From Alphaproteobacteria bacterium (GTDB taxonomy: Bacteria > Pseudomonadota > Alphaproteobacteria > UBA7887): a DNA stretch of 64,000 bases. The position numbers were made by a program, and so were the translations under genes. The DNA lies in contig CBDCGL010000011.1 of the NCBI GenBank assembly GCA_965216755.1, positions 832,001-896,000 of the forward strand, in the 5' to 3' direction. Shown here one piece after another: positions 20,106 through 32,094 of this stretch (within the stretch, counting starts at the first letter, position 1; each line of letters starts with the position of its first letter). Under the pieces are notes generated by a model, which had not been told where the DNA came from, searched no databases, and worked only from the letters and a program-made list of their open reading frames with translations.

Positions 20106-21455
20106 CTAAAAGTGTGAATCCGCGCGAATATGATGAAATCGGCTTTGAAATCGGGCCAGATCGGCGGGGTCGAGACCAACCGTCACATGGGCGCTTTGAT
20201 CGTTGTCCGCGCGATCGATCACGCATCCATGGGCATATAACCACGCCAATGCGGCGCCGTCGTCGAGAGCCACATCTAACTCAACGATGCTTTGCTGACC
20301 GGACAGGATCTCGTCAAGGGCTTCCAACAGGGCATCACTGCCTTCGCCTGTTTTCGCCGAGACCAAAACAGCGTTGGGGCACCTTTCGGCTTGCGCTTCC
20401 ATCACAGACCGCTGTTCGGACGACAACAAGTCCGCTTTGTTCAGGGCCTCCAACACGGGTGTCTGTGCGTCAGTACCCAAAGCCGCGAGAACGTCCTCCA
20501 CATCCGTCTTTTGTGCTTCCGCATCCGGGTGTGCAATGTCCCGTACATGAACCAGAACATCAGCTTCCAACACTTCTTCCAAGGTCGCGCGAAAAGCGGC
20601 CACCAGATCGGTCGGCAAGTCCGAGATAAACCCGACCGTGTCCGACAAGATGATGCTGCGACCGGAGGGCAGTGTAAGCCCCCTCATAGTGGGATCCAAT
20701 GTCGCAAACAGCTGGTCTTCCGCAACGACGCCGGCGCCGGTAAGCCGATTAAAGAGTGTCGACTTGCCAGCGTTGGTGTAGCCAACCAGCCCGACGACCG
20801 GATACGGCACCTTGCGCCGCGCGCCACGATGAAGTTCGCGGGTGCGGACAACGGCACTTAACGCGCGGCGAATGCGCGTAACCCGCTGGTCGATAATTCG
20901 ACGGTCGGCTTCAAGTTGGGATTCGCCGGGCCCACCCATGAAACCGAAGCCGCCGCGCTGCCGTTCAAGATGAGTCCACGATCGGACCAAACGGCTGCGC
21001 TGATATGTCAGTGAAGCCAGTTCAACCTGCAATCGTCCTTCGCGTGTGCGTGCGCGCCGGCCGAATATCTCCAGAATAAGGCCGGTGCGATCGATTACTT
21101 TGCAATTCAGCGCAGTTTCCAAATTGCGTTGCTGCACCGGCGTCAGAGCTTGGTCGACGATCACAAGGTCGATCCTGTCAGCAACAATTTCGTCTTTCAG
21201 CTGCTCAATGCGGCCGGTACCAAACAAGGTACCCGGCCGGGCCTTGCGAATTGGCACGAGATCCGAATTGGCGATATCCAAATCAATGGCACGCGCCAGC
21301 CCAATCGCTTCATCCAGTCGATCTTGCGGCGCGCGCGCCGCGTGCCGCCCGTTGTTCATCACCGGGTGAAGAACCCACGCACGCTCAGGTTCGACATCCG
21401 CCTCGCGACGTGTCGCCAAACTTGGATCATGTCCGTTAGTACGGTGAGGCAACAT
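20106..21455 (-). CDS. hflX: GTPase HflX
   Basis: GFMGGPGESQLE, VGYTNAGKSTL, LFATLDPT, DTVGFI, NKAD. Confidence 0.97.
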   Translation of the reverse strand: MLPHRTNGHDPSLATRREADVEPERAWVLHPVMNNGRHAARAPQDRLDEAIGLARAIDLDIANSDLVPIRKARPGTLFGTGRIEQLKDEIVADRIDLVIVDQALTPVQQRNLETALNCKVIDRTGLILEIFGRRARTREGRLQVELASLTYQRSRLVRSWTHLERQRGGFGFMGGPGESQLEADRRIIDQRVTRIRRALSAVVRTRELHRGARRKVPYPVVGLVGYTNAGKSTLFNRLTGAGVVAEDQLFATLDPTMRGLTLPSGRSIILSDTVGFISDLPTDLVAAFRATLEEVLEADVLVHVRDIAHPDAEAQKTDVEDVLAALGTDAQTPVLEALNKADLLSSEQRSVMEAQAERCPNAVLVSAKTGEGSDALLEALDEILSGQQSIVELDVALDDGAALAWLYAHGCVIDRADNDQSAHVTVGLDPADLARFQSRFHHIRADSHF

Positions 21456-21500
21456 GCCCTACATAGGCAACGTCCGACGGACGCATATGATGTGTAACGT

Positions 21501-21758
21501 TCAACCTTGTGCTTCTGAAGATTCTCGAGGTTGTTCGAACAGCTGTATTGGTGTCGACGGCATGACAGTCGAAATAGCATGCTTGTAGACAAGCTGGGAT
21601 TGACCATCCCGGCGCAATAGCACGCAGAAATTATCGAACCAGGTAATGACGCCTTGCAGCTTCACTCCGTTGACGAGAAACACTGTTACAGGCACTTTAT
21701 TTTTGCGGACGTGGTTAAGAAACACATCCTGTACGTTTTGGCCTTTTTCGCCTGCCAT
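21501..21758 (-). CDS. hfq: RNA chaperone Hfq
   Basis: QDVFLN...[14 protein letters not shown]...YKHAIST. Confidence 0.99.
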   Translation of the reverse strand: MAGEKGQNVQDVFLNHVRKNKVPVTVFLVNGVKLQGVITWFDNFCVLLRRDGQSQLVYKHAISTVMPSTPIQLFEQPRESSEAQG

Positions 21759-22014
21759 ACCTCTAAACTCCCCAAAGTGGAGGTACCGCACCGGCACCGC
21801 AACGTGCCGGAGACAGTTAACTCCTTGCCCCCCGACAGATAATTAAACAACTCAACATAGGCTGCAAACCGCTTATCTTAGCGCCCAGCTCGAACGCCAA
21901 GCAAGATTAACCATTACAATTGACGGACTTGTGCCCTATTTCCTAGTTTTTGACCTAACCTCTTGATGATGTCCAACCAAGCCAGTTTTTGGCGAATCAA
22001 GCGACCCTGATTCG

Positions 22015-22878
22015 TCAATTAGCTGCACCGCCACCGCGTACGAAGTCCAGATAGAGCGATCGCAGACGACCCGTTGTGGTTCCTGGGACCCCGTTGGCGA
22101 TGACACGATCATCAATTTGCACCACTGGCACAACGAACGAGCTCGTTCCCGTCAAAAACGCCTCTCGGGCGGCCAATCCCTCGTCGACCGTGAACGCCGC
22201 TTCTTTGATCCTTAACCCAGCCGACCGAGCCAACGTGATGATCCTTCGTCGCGTAATCCCATTCAATATATCAGCGTTCGCGTCGCGCGTTACAATGACA
22301 CCGTCGTTATTGACAATCCAAGCATTGGACTGGCTCCCTTCCGTGACATAGCCATGATCATCAACCTGCCAAGCCTCAAACGCACCAGCCTGCGCGGCCT
22401 TTTGTTTGGCCAGAATGTTCGGCAGCAACGAGACTGACTTGATATCCCGCCGCCGCCAACGTTGGTCGGGCACTGTGACGACTTTAACGCCATCGACCAG
22501 AACACGCGCGCTGGCCGGGCGGCCGCGTCGCGCGGTGACGGTGACCGTTGGTTTTGCGTCCGCTGGAAAAACGTGGTTCCGCGGGGCGACGCCGCGCGAT
22601 ATCTGTAGGTAAACAATGCCCTCTTCCACGTGATTGCGACGTACGACCTCGCATAGCACGCTGTCGAGCGCGCGTTGGCCCATCGGCGCCGCCATGTCCA
22701 ATGCATTCAGGGAATTGGCCAAGCGTTCATAGTGCCACGCCGCATCGACAAGTCGGCCATCGACTACTGCGATAACTTCGTAGACACCGTCAGAGAACTG
22801 CGTCGCGCGATCCTCGATATGGACCTGTGCCGTGCCATGTCGCATATAGCGACCGTTGACATATGCGATTCGCGACAT
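22015..22878 (-). CDS. dat: D-amino-acid transaminase (class IV PLP)
   Basis: MSRIAYVNG, EDRA.QFSDGVYEV, RRDIKS, TEGSQSN, ILNGITR. Confidence 0.9.
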   Translation of the reverse strand: MSRIAYVNGRYMRHGTAQVHIEDRATQFSDGVYEVIAVVDGRLVDAAWHYERLANSLNALDMAAPMGQRALDSVLCEVVRRNHVEEGIVYLQISRGVAPRNHVFPADAKPTVTVTARRGRPASARVLVDGVKVVTVPDQRWRRRDIKSVSLLPNILAKQKAAQAGAFEAWQVDDHGYVTEGSQSNAWIVNNDGVIVTRDANADILNGITRRRIITLARSAGLRIKEAAFTVDEGLAAREAFLTGTSSFVVPVVQIDDRVIANGVPGTTTGRLRSLYLDFVRGGGAAN

Positions 22879-22889
22879 GAACTCCAATC

Positions 22890-24332
22890 CTATTCTTGCC
22901 AGAACATGGGCGTAAACAACACCAGCAGCGCGAACAACTCAAGCCTACCTGCGATCATACCGATGATCAGAAACAACTTTGCCAATGGGGCGAATTCCAT
23001 GCCAAGCGATGCCCCACCGGCGGCGGCCAACACAGGGCCTGTATTGGTGAGCGCGGACGTCGCGTATGTCAAAGCGTGTTCGAAACTCAAACCGGTTGAG
23101 GCGAGGCCCGACGCAATACATATGAGACAAAAGATGTAAGCTACGAACAAGCCCCAAACCGCGTGAATCATGCGTGTTGGTACGCTCGCATCGCCATACT
23201 TGACCGGCACGACCGCGTGTGCATGAAGCAATAGTGCCATTTCGCGCATGCTTTGCCGGAGCAACATGATTACGCGCATGAGTTTCAAGCCGCCGGCGGT
23301 CGAGGCGCTTGACCCGCCGATGACCGCCAGACCCAAAGCGACAAATGCCGAAAACGTCGTCGATGGCCCTTCGACGAAATAGCCGGTCGTCGTCAAGGCA
23401 GAGATTGCGTTAAAGAAGGCGCCTGACCAATTCGACCGCGCAACCGAAGTGTCCCCCAGCGACATCGACAGCACGCTCCACAGGCCGGCCGCCACCAACA
23501 AAACGAAAAGTAATCGGAACTCCGGGTCGCCAACATATGCCGACCACGTGCCCTGCATCGCGCGCACGTGGACATAGAAATTGATCGCCGCGGCGATCAT
23601 GAAAACAGCCAATATGACCTGCACCCCGCGGCCGGCATACATGCCGGGCCCCTGTGCGTCTGTCATGAAACCGCCCGTCGACGCGGTGCTCATGGCGTAA
23701 CAGATCGCGTCAAAAACAGGCATTCCGGCGACGGCTAGAGTTACCCCGCACAAAGCGACAAGCCCAAAATAGGTCAGGGACATGTTGACGATGGAGCGGC
23801 GCATGCTGGCCCGCGACGCGGTGGTGAGATGAACCGCCCCGCTTGGGCGCCGCACGCGAACGCCGCCGATACCAAGCAGTGGCAAAATGGCGAGGGCGAA
23901 AACAATAGTGCCCAAACCGCCCATAAGCTGCGTCATGGCACGCCAGAGAACCAGGCTGTGGCCCAATTGACCGGGGTCGCTAATCACCGTTAAGCCAGTT
24001 GTCGTGAGCCCCGATACCGCCTCGAAATACGCGTCGGCGATCGATGGGATAGCGCGCGCATAGAGGAAAGGGATACCGGCGAACACGCCTGGGACTGCCC
24101 ACAACAACACCGCCAACAGAAAGCTGTCGCGCTGACGCAATGGCTGATCGCGGCCACCCGCCACGAGACGCAGCAACATGCCCGTGAACATGGCGGCGGC
24201 CGCCGCGATCGCGAACGCGACGACGGTTCGTTGGCTCTCCTCGGATGCCGCGACCAGCAACGGTACAAGCGTTAGAGCGCCAAGGCCGACTAAGACCGAT
24301 CCGAGAATGTGAAAAACAGCTGCGTAGGCCAT
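22890..24332 (-). CDS. trkH: Trk potassium uptake membrane protein TrkH
   Basis: FEAVSGLTTTG, STGGF, STAGGLK, GRLE motifs; follows trkA. Confidence 0.93.
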   Translation of the reverse strand: MAYAAVFHILGSVLVGLGALTLVPLLVAASEESQRTVVAFAIAAAAAMFTGMLLRLVAGGRDQPLRQRDSFLLAVLLWAVPGVFAGIPFLYARAIPSIADAYFEAVSGLTTTGLTVISDPGQLGHSLVLWRAMTQLMGGLGTIVFALAILPLLGIGGVRVRRPSGAVHLTTASRASMRRSIVNMSLTYFGLVALCGVTLAVAGMPVFDAICYAMSTASTGGFMTDAQGPGMYAGRGVQVILAVFMIAAAINFYVHVRAMQGTWSAYVGDPEFRLLFVLLVAAGLWSVLSMSLGDTSVARSNWSGAFFNAISALTTTGYFVEGPSTTFSAFVALGLAVIGGSSASTAGGLKLMRVIMLLRQSMREMALLLHAHAVVPVKYGDASVPTRMIHAVWGLFVAYIFCLICIASGLASTGLSFEHALTYATSALTNTGPVLAAAGGASLGMEFAPLAKLFLIIGMIAGRLELFALLVLFTPMFWQE

Positions 24333-24378
24333 GAAACCGTCGTATTTGGCGGCACGTGGCGTTGCCGCGTCGAGACCA

Positions 24379-25755
24379 TCAAAAGAAGCCGAGTGCGACA
24401 GAGAAAAGCCGCTCAACTTTTTTCACCGAATCGTGGGGCGCGAAAAGGATGACCCGATCTTGGCTCTTCACCGTTGTATCACCCCGGGGGATGATCACCT
24501 GGTCGCCGCGCACAATCGCACCTAGCAAAACACCCCGCGGCAAGCGTGCACTCTTGAGTGACTGGCCGACAATCGGCGACGTTTCCATGGCCTCCGCTTC
24601 GATCACCTCCGCCTCGCCGCCGCGTAGCGCATAGACCGAACGGATTCGACCTTGTCGAACATGCTCCAAAATGCTCGACACCGTGATTTCCCTCGGGCTT
24701 ACCGCCGCGTCAATTCCCAAGGGGGAAATCAATGGCGCGTACTCTGCTGCGTTGATCAGTGTGATTGCACGTGGACAGCCATGTCGCTTTGCCAATACCG
24801 AAACCAATATGTTGGTCTCATCGTTGCTGCTGACCGCGACGATGGTTTCGGATGACGCAATGTTGGCCTCATCAAGAAGTTCGGAATCCAAAGCGTCACC
24901 GTGGAGAACGATCGTCTTTTCCAGCTGGTCGGCGACCAGCTCAGCCTGCTCGCGGTCCACTTCGACCAGTTTCACCTCAATGCTTGACTCGGACTGCTCC
25001 AAGTGCCGCGCTAAATCGAGACCAATGTGTCCACCGCCAACGATCACCAATCGCCGCGCTTCTTTCTCCTCGTGACCAAAGGTCGCCAAGGCGCGCGTCA
25101 TGTGGTCGGTCTCGACAACGAAATATACTTCGTCGCCTGGGAGCATCTGGTCCATGCCGGTTGGGATAATCGTGGTGTCTTGGCGTACGATGTAGACGAT
25201 CGTGATATTGAGGCTTGGAAATAGTTCGGTCAGTTGCCGCATGGGTGTGTGAACAATGGGGCAGTTTTCCGTAATCCGTACGCCGACCAATCGCACGCGA
25301 TCGTCGGCAAAACCGCGCATGTCAACGGTCCCCGGCACTTCCAATCTTCGACTGATCGCGTTGACGACTTCGGCCTCGGGTGAAATCAAGACGTCAATCG
25401 GAATATGATCACGGCTAAACAAATCGGCCCACGCCGGCGCCAAATAAGCGGGGGTGCGAACCCGCGCGATTTTCATTGGCACATTGAAAAGAGAATGCGC
25501 CACTTGGCATGAGACCATGTTGATTTCGTCCGATTGCGTTACGGCAATCAGCATGTCCGCGTCTTGGGCCCCGGACTGTTCGAGAACGTCGGGATGAGAC
25601 GCGTAGCCAGCAATCGTCTGCACATCGAGCGAGTCGCCAACACGCCGGATTTGCTCTTCCGCGTGATCGACGACCGTAACGTCGCTGCCTTCTCCAGACA
25701 GATGCTGTGCAATATTGAAACCGACTTGGCCGGCACCACACACGATAATGTTCAA
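24379..25755 (-). CDS. trkA: Trk potassium uptake regulatory subunit TrkA
   Basis: IIVCGAGQVG and second VGGGHIG RCK domain; TTG start. Confidence 0.96.
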   Translation of the reverse strand: MNIIVCGAGQVGFNIAQHLSGEGSDVTVVDHAEEQIRRVGDSLDVQTIAGYASHPDVLEQSGAQDADMLIAVTQSDEINMVSCQVAHSLFNVPMKIARVRTPAYLAPAWADLFSRDHIPIDVLISPEAEVVNAISRRLEVPGTVDMRGFADDRVRLVGVRITENCPIVHTPMRQLTELFPSLNITIVYIVRQDTTIIPTGMDQMLPGDEVYFVVETDHMTRALATFGHEEKEARRLVIVGGGHIGLDLARHLEQSESSIEVKLVEVDREQAELVADQLEKTIVLHGDALDSELLDEANIASSETIVAVSSNDETNILVSVLAKRHGCPRAITLINAAEYAPLISPLGIDAAVSPREITVSSILEHVRQGRIRSVYALRGGEAEVIEAEAMETSPIVGQSLKSARLPRGVLLGAIVRGDQVIIPRGDTTVKSQDRVILFAPHDSVKKVERLFSVALGFF

Positions 25756-25828
25756 GACTGCCCCCGAGCTCCAATACATACATCCCGCAGACGCGAACTG
25801 TCCGCGCATGCACCGTCGATGTCGGATT

Positions 25829-27220
25829 TCAACCCCGGACGTCGCCGGTGATGCCCAGGGATTTCAGCTTGCGATGCAGCGCCGACCGTTCCATTCCAAC
25901 AAACGTCGCAGTTCGCGATATATTGTTGCCGAAACGCGTTACTTGTGCTTGCAAATATTGCTTTTCGAACATCTCGCGCGCTTCACGCAACGGCAGCGCC
26001 ATGAACTCAGCACCACCGTCGGGACGGACCGACTCGGGACCATTGGCAGTGAGCTCCGGCGGCAACATCTCGGCCCGGATCGGCGTGTGTGGGTCACCCG
26101 GCGACATGATCAACAGCCAGTCGATGACATTTCGCAATTGGCGGACGTTTCCTGGCCAGTCGCACGTCTGTAGAACCGCCAGGGCATCTTCCGCAAAATT
26201 GCGTGGTAGCGAGCCGGCAGCTTCGGCCGCCCGGTCCATGAAATGCTCGGCAAGCACCGGGATATCGTCGCGGCGCTCACGCAGCGGAGGAACCTTAATC
26301 GGGACAACATTCAGGCGGTAAAACAGGTCCTCGCGAAATCGCTTGGCCTCGATTTCGCTCCGCAGGTCCCGGCTGGTCGCGGAAATTACCCGTACATCCA
26401 CTTGCACGGGGCGCCCGCCACCGACGCGCATGAAAGTTTGATCTTGCAAAGCGCGTAGAATCTTTCCCTGCGTTTCCAGTGGCATGTCGGCGACTTCGTC
26501 GATGAACAAGGTACCGCCGTGGGCCAGCTCGAATGTTCCGGTCTTGCGTGGTGTCCCCGGGCCGCGGGCGCCGGCTTCAATGCCGAATAGTTCCTCTTCC
26601 ATGCGATCGGGTGTCATCGACGCGGCGTTGGCGACCACGAATGGTCCGGCACTGCGGCGCGACATTCTGTGGATCAACCGCGCAACGACTTCTTTGCCAG
26701 ATCCGGCGGGCCCCGCGACCATGACCCGGCTTCCGGTCGGCGCAACACGTTCGACCGCCATCCGCAAGCTGGAGATCGCATTGGAACGGCCGATTAGCTC
26801 GACGTCGCCGCCGACGCGCTGTAACAACTCGGCATTTTCACGGCGCAAACGAGCCGCTTCGATCGCTCGGCTGACACTAAGCAATAGCCGGTCGGTTTCG
26901 AATGGCTTTTCGATAAAGTCGTAGGCGCCAAGCCGAATCGCCGACACCGCCGTCTCGATATTGCCATGGCCACTGATCATGACCACAGGGAGTTCCGGCA
27001 CGCTTTTTTTCAGCTCGCGCAGTATTTCGATGCCGTCCATCCGGCTGCCCTGAAGCCATATGTCGAGCAATACAAGTGTCGGCATGCGCGTTTCGATCGC
27101 CGCCATGGCGGATTCGTCGTCCCACGCTTCGCGCGTCTCATAGCCTTCGTCCGCGAGAATCTGCGCGATTAACGTACGGATATCGCGTTCGTCGTCGACA
27201 ATCAGGATTTCGTTAGGCAT
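25829..27220 (-). CDS. ntrX: Response regulator NtrX
   Basis: LLDIWLQGS receiver, AAA+ domain lacking GAFTGA, C-terminal FVGMERSALHRKLK HTH. Confidence 0.96.
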   Translation of the reverse strand: MPNEILIVDDERDIRTLIAQILADEGYETREAWDDESAMAAIETRMPTLVLLDIWLQGSRMDGIEILRELKKSVPELPVVMISGHGNIETAVSAIRLGAYDFIEKPFETDRLLLSVSRAIEAARLRRENAELLQRVGGDVELIGRSNAISSLRMAVERVAPTGSRVMVAGPAGSGKEVVARLIHRMSRRSAGPFVVANAASMTPDRMEEELFGIEAGARGPGTPRKTGTFELAHGGTLFIDEVADMPLETQGKILRALQDQTFMRVGGGRPVQVDVRVISATSRDLRSEIEAKRFREDLFYRLNVVPIKVPPLRERRDDIPVLAEHFMDRAAEAAGSLPRNFAEDALAVLQTCDWPGNVRQLRNVIDWLLIMSPGDPHTPIRAEMLPPELTANGPESVRPDGGAEFMALPLREAREMFEKQYLQAQVTRFGNNISRTATFVGMERSALHRKLKSLGITGDVRG

Positions 27221-29495
27221 GGGACGCTTCGGTCACGTCATCAATAGCATTGTTGGAAAGCGCATTCGGGACATTTGACGCGGCCGGAAATATCAGACTG
27301 ACGCTTGCGCCGCCGCCGGGCGTATCCGCCAACACCAACTCTCCATCGTGATCCTCCATGATCTTCTTGACGATGGCAAGGCCAAGCCCCGTGCCCTTTG
27401 CACGTGTGGTTACGTACGGTTCGGTTAGCCGATCGCGCATGTCTGCGGGCAAACCACGTCCGTTATCGATCACTGTCACCCTCGGAACATTGCCATTCAT
27501 TGTGCTGACTTTTACTACGATACGCCCCTGCTCTGCGACACTCTCTTGATCTGGATCGCGACCGTCAATGGCATCCAACGCGTTCTGCAACAAATTCGTC
27601 AATGCCTGCCCGACCAATCGCGCGTCGCATTGCACGGCGACGATGTCATCGGGCAAATTCGCGTCAAACGCAATGTCCGGCCGTGCCATTTTTTGCATTG
27701 ACAGCGCGTTTCGGCTGATTTCCACAAGATCTCCAGTTACCCGTACGGGTGCCGGCATACGTGCAAAAGCTGAGAATTCGTCCACCATCCGCCGTATGCC
27801 GCCGACCTGTCGAACGATCGTGTCAATACATTGTGCAAACACCTCCGGTTCATCCAAGATATCGCGCAAATACTTGCGTTTGAGTCGTTCCGCGGAAAGT
27901 TGTATCGGCGTCAGCGGGTTCTTGATTTCATGGGCAATGCGGCGGGCCACGTCCGTCCACGCTGCGGCGCGCTGCGCGTTTACCAACTCGGTAATATCGT
28001 CGAACGTGACCACATAGCCCTGCCCGGTGCCGCCCGAGCCTTCTACCGCCACGCGCACCAGCAAAGTCCGCGCACGGTCTTTTCGTACCAATCCGACCTG
28101 GTCTTGCGCCGTGCGGTGCTCTCCATCCCGCACGGCGGCCATGAGTTCGGCCATCTCGGGCACCGCGTCCTCAATCGGCTTGCCAACCAGGTCTTGCGCG
28201 GTCGCGCTGAGCAGCTCCAACGCCGAGCGATTCGGCAAGAAAATTCGTCCGTCCGAGTCGAGTCCTAGGACGCCGGCGGACACGCCGAACAATACCGTCT
28301 CGGTAAATCGGCGACGCTCATCGAGTTGGCGATTTGCCTCAATTAGCTCCTCACGTTGACTGCCGAGCTGGCCGGTCATGCGATTGAAGGCCCGGCTCAG
28401 CGATGCAATTTCATCGCCTTCCGGACCTTCAATGACCCGCGCGGTCAGATCGCCCCCGCGCACGCGTTCGGCCGCCGCGACCAGGCTCGATATTGGCCGG
28501 ACGAGACCATTCGCGAATGTGAGCCCAACCCAGACCGCCGCCAAGAGAAGCAACAGCGCCACGATCACATAGATCATGGTGAATGTAATCTGAATCCCGG
28601 TGCGCTCGCTTTCCAATACCTGATATTCGTCGACCGCGCGCGACAACCGCTCCATATGTTTCAAAACATCAGAGTCAACGAAGCGTCCGACATAAAGAAA
28701 CGCGCCAATCATGCTGTCTATGGCAGCGAGCGCCCGTACACGGTCGCTGTTTTCGCTGGTCACCACGACCACTTCGCCGCCAGCGGCCCTTTGCAACAGC
28801 GCTTGCGGCAACGGATCAAATTCCAACACAAAGCTGAGCTTGGTTTTCGCCAGAACCTTGCCGTCGGCGCGTACCACAATCGCTTCGGTCAACGACCTTT
28901 CCGTGGCCAAATCTTCCAGAAAGCCATTAAATCCGGACGGGTTTTCAAGCAACCGCGGGCCGATACGATTGATGGCGCTGACCATGGACAGTAGGTCGGC
29001 CCGTATGAACTGCTGGTGGTCGCTCAAGTAAGCCTTGCCGACCGCAAGCGAGCGCTCCAATGCCGTGCTGACCCTGTCATTGAACCAGCTTTGCAACCCG
29101 AAACTGAAGAATAGAGCGGAGAAAACAGCTACCAAGATCGCTGGCGTAACGGCCACAATGCTGAATAGCGCGACCATACGCGTATGGAGACGCGACCCCA
29201 CCGACCCCTGACGGCGCGCGATCCACAGACGCACCAGGCGCCAGGCGACCAGCGCGCCGATCAATAGCAATATGATCAGATCAATATTGAGTAATATCAA
29301 TATCGTACGAGAGTTGGGTCCAGCTGGCGAAAACGACCCTGTAATCGCGCCATAAGTCGCGACGCCGCAGATCAAAGCCGCCGCCGCAAGGATCAACGGC
29401 AGCTTGCGCGACAATCCAACCGCGACCGCCCAACGGTTGACACGACTGCGGGAGCGCGCAGTTTCCAACTCGGAACTGTGGGTGTTTGCGGTCAT
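27213..29495 (-). CDS. ntrY: Sensor histidine kinase NtrY
   Basis: TM-HAMP-PAS-HisKA (AWTDVARRIAHEIKNPLTPIQLSAERL); upstream of ntrX. Confidence 0.95.
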   Translation of the reverse strand: MTANTHSSELETARSRSRVNRWAVAVGLSRKLPLILAAAALICGVATYGAITGSFSPAGPNSRTILILLNIDLIILLLIGALVAWRLVRLWIARRQGSVGSRLHTRMVALFSIVAVTPAILVAVFSALFFSFGLQSWFNDRVSTALERSLAVGKAYLSDHQQFIRADLLSMVSAINRIGPRLLENPSGFNGFLEDLATERSLTEAIVVRADGKVLAKTKLSFVLEFDPLPQALLQRAAGGEVVVVTSENSDRVRALAAIDSMIGAFLYVGRFVDSDVLKHMERLSRAVDEYQVLESERTGIQITFTMIYVIVALLLLLAAVWVGLTFANGLVRPISSLVAAAERVRGGDLTARVIEGPEGDEIASLSRAFNRMTGQLGSQREELIEANRQLDERRRFTETVLFGVSAGVLGLDSDGRIFLPNRSALELLSATAQDLVGKPIEDAVPEMAELMAAVRDGEHRTAQDQVGLVRKDRARTLLVRVAVEGSGGTGQGYVVTFDDITELVNAQRAAAWTDVARRIAHEIKNPLTPIQLSAERLKRKYLRDILDEPEVFAQCIDTIVRQVGGIRRMVDEFSAFARMPAPVRVTGDLVEISRNALSMQKMARPDIAFDANLPDDIVAVQCDARLVGQALTNLLQNALDAIDGRDPDQESVAEQGRIVVKVSTMNGNVPRVTVIDNGRGLPADMRDRLTEPYVTTRAKGTGLGLAIVKKIMEDHDGELVLADTPGGGASVSLIFPAASNVPNALSNNAIDDVTEASHA

Positions 29496-29517
29496 CGTGG
29501 AGCGGCGCGGCCGCTCC

Positions 29518-30984
29518 TCACTTTGCGCCACGCACGACCTGGATGTCGAGCGCGCGGATCTTCTTGCGCAACGTATTGCGGTTTAGGCCAAGCAATTTCG
29601 CGGCCTTGATCTGGTTGCCGCGTGTCGCGGTCAATGTGTGTTCGATCAACGGACGTTCAACTTCTTGCAATATGCGGTCATACAACCCCGCCGCCGGTAA
29701 ATCGTCTTTGTGGTTCGCAAAGTATTGCGCCAAATGACGATCAATGGAATCACTTAGGCTCTCATCCGCGCGCGGCCTGTCATCGTTGCCCGTTGGGTTT
29801 TTTGCAGCGACCGTCAATTCGCGATCGACGATATCGACATCGATGATTTCCTCGGTGTGCAAAACCGTTATGCGCCGGATCAGATTTTCAAGTTCGCGAA
29901 CATTTCCTGGCCAACCATAGGCGCAGAGCCGGTCCATGGAATCGCCGCTAAATGATTTCTGAGCCAAGCCTTCGGCAGCGGATCGATCCAAGAAATGACG
30001 TACCAACAGGGGTATGTCTTCGCGACGTTCGCGCAGGGGTGGCAATCGCAACGGCACCACATTGAGACGATAAAAGAGGTCCTCGCGAAACAGCCCTTGT
30101 TCGATGTGGGACCGAAGATCACGGTGTGTCGCCGCGACGATTCGCACATTTGTCCGAATAGGCGTTCGGCCACCGACGGAAGTAAACTCGCCCTCCTGCA
30201 GTACGCGCAATAACCGGGTCTGTGCCTCCAGCGGCATATCGCCGATTTCATCCAAGAACAGGGTGCCGCCGTTGGCTTGTTCAAAACGGCCCGCGGTGCG
30301 TGTCGCGGCGCCGGTGAATGCTCCGCGCTCATGGCCAAAAAGTTCACTCTCGATGAGCTCGCGCGGAATCGCTGCCATATTCACGGCGACAAACGGACCG
30401 TCTTTGCGGCGCCCATAGTCGTGCAACGCGCGGGCGAAGAGCTCCTTCCCGGTTCCTGATTCGCCGCTGATCATCACCGTCAAGTCAGTGTTCATCAGCC
30501 GAGCGAGCACGCGGTAGGCGTCTTGCATCGCTTGCGACACACCGATCAACGGCAGCGAGTCTTCTTCAACGTCACGCGCGTCGGCGGCGGGTACCCCGGT
30601 CTCGTGTTCCGGCCGTGGTGCCGGCGTCAGAGCGCGCTGCACGATGCCCAGCAACTCGGACAGGTCGAACGGTTTCGGCAAATACTCATACGCCCCGCGT
30701 TCGGCGGCACGAATCGCGGTCAACAATGTTGTTTGCGCGCTCATCACCACGATCGGAAGAGATGGCCGCAACCTTTTGATACGAGGCAGTAAATCAAGAC
30801 CACTGTCATCCGGCATGACGACATCGGTAATGACCATGTCGCCCTCGCCGTTCGCCACCCAGCGCCACAATGTCGCGGCGTTGCTGGCACACTTGACAAC
30901 GTGCCCGGCTTGGCCAAGCGCACGGGCCAAAACTGTCCGAATCGAACGATCGTCGTCGGCAACCAGGATCGTGGCCGGCGTCAT
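29518..30984 (-). CDS. ntrC: Nitrogen regulation protein NtrC
   Basis: Receiver, [33 protein letters not shown]. Confidence 0.97.
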   Translation of the reverse strand: MTPATILVADDDRSIRTVLARALGQAGHVVKCASNAATLWRWVANGEGDMVITDVVMPDDSGLDLLPRIKRLRPSLPIVVMSAQTTLLTAIRAAERGAYEYLPKPFDLSELLGIVQRALTPAPRPEHETGVPAADARDVEEDSLPLIGVSQAMQDAYRVLARLMNTDLTVMISGESGTGKELFARALHDYGRRKDGPFVAVNMAAIPRELIESELFGHERGAFTGAATRTAGRFEQANGGTLFLDEIGDMPLEAQTRLLRVLQEGEFTSVGGRTPIRTNVRIVAATHRDLRSHIEQGLFREDLFYRLNVVPLRLPPLRERREDIPLLVRHFLDRSAAEGLAQKSFSGDSMDRLCAYGWPGNVRELENLIRRITVLHTEEIIDVDIVDRELTVAAKNPTGNDDRPRADESLSDSIDRHLAQYFANHKDDLPAAGLYDRILQEVERPLIEHTLTATRGNQIKAAKLLGLNRNTLRKKIRALDIQVVRGAK

Positions 30985-32090
30985 CACTGCCCCTCCCCGT
31001 CGCGCCCAGATCGCGGCAACAACACCGAAATTGCGGTACACCGTGGCTTGCTATCGATCTCGATGACCCCGCCATGGTCTTGAACGAGCTTCGCGACGAG
31101 TGACAAGCCGAGCCCTGTTCCGCGCGCCTTCGTGGTGACAAACGGTTCGAACAAATTGGCCCGTATCGAATCTGGAACGCCGGGGCCGTTGTCCTGAACG
31201 GTTACCACGATCGGCAACTGGACCGGCGCGGCGCCGCCGGCAACGGCCATGCGCCAACCGTGTTGATATCGCGTGATCAAGCGGATTCGGCCCCCGGTCT
31301 GTGGCACCGCTTCTGCCGCGTTCTTCAGCAAATTGAGAAAGATCTGGATCAGTTGATCGCGGTTGCCCAGCACCGCCGGAATCGACGGATCATATTGCTC
31401 TTCGACGTCAACATTCTTCGCGAAACCATTGACCGCCAACTGCCGGACATGATCAAGAACAGTGTGAATGTTGACCTCTGTCTTGGCCGTTGGTCGGTCA
31501 TCGGCAAACACATCCATGCGGTCGACCAAATTGCCGATGCGGTCCGCCTCCAGGCAGATCAACTGAGTCAATTCACGATCCGAGCCACTGACGGCACGAT
31601 CCAGCAACTGTGCCGCACCGCGGATGCCGGACAGCGGATTGCGCACCTCGTGTGCCAACATGCCGGCCATGCCGGCGATTGATCGTGCCGCGCGACGATG
31701 GGTGAATTGGTGATCGATCCTCAAAGCCACCGATCGCTCTTGCATCGCCATGACAATCCGCTTTTTGTCGTCCAACATCGGCGCAACCTGTACGTCCACT
31801 AACCATTCCCCGATCCTCGGGCCAGCAATGCGTATGCCATACTCCATGACGGTGTTGCCCTGGCCGCGGACTTGGTCGACCAACCCCAGCAAAGGACTAT
31901 CTTCCGGAAGCAAATCCGCCAGTTCCTTGCGTTCCAACAATACAGCGCTATGCCCCAACATCTGCTCGGCCGCGGCGTTCGCAAATTCAATTTGGTTATC
32001 GCGACCGAGGGTCAGAATCGCGACCGGCAGAGCATTCAGGATGTTGGAGAGTTCGGCGCTATCGGCCCCCGTCCGAGGGTTATCGGCCAT
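30984..32090 (-). CDS. ntrB: Nitrogen regulation kinase NtrB
   Basis: PAS plus [20 protein letters not shown]; TGATG overlap with ntrC. Confidence 0.96.
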   Translation of the reverse strand: MADNPRTGADSAELSNILNALPVAILTLGRDNQIEFANAAAEQMLGHSAVLLERKELADLLPEDSPLLGLVDQVRGQGNTVMEYGIRIAGPRIGEWLVDVQVAPMLDDKKRIVMAMQERSVALRIDHQFTHRRAARSIAGMAGMLAHEVRNPLSGIRGAAQLLDRAVSGSDRELTQLICLEADRIGNLVDRMDVFADDRPTAKTEVNIHTVLDHVRQLAVNGFAKNVDVEEQYDPSIPAVLGNRDQLIQIFLNLLKNAAEAVPQTGGRIRLITRYQHGWRMAVAGGAAPVQLPIVVTVQDNGPGVPDSIRANLFEPFVTTKARGTGLGLSLVAKLVQDHGGVIEIDSKPRCTAISVLLPRSGRDGEGQ

Positions 32091-32094
32091 GCAG

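Noticed and set aside
21900-21920. TTAACCAT CtrA-type half site upstream of hfq
   Set aside because: Single short match in an AT-rich spacer; not distinguishable from chance.
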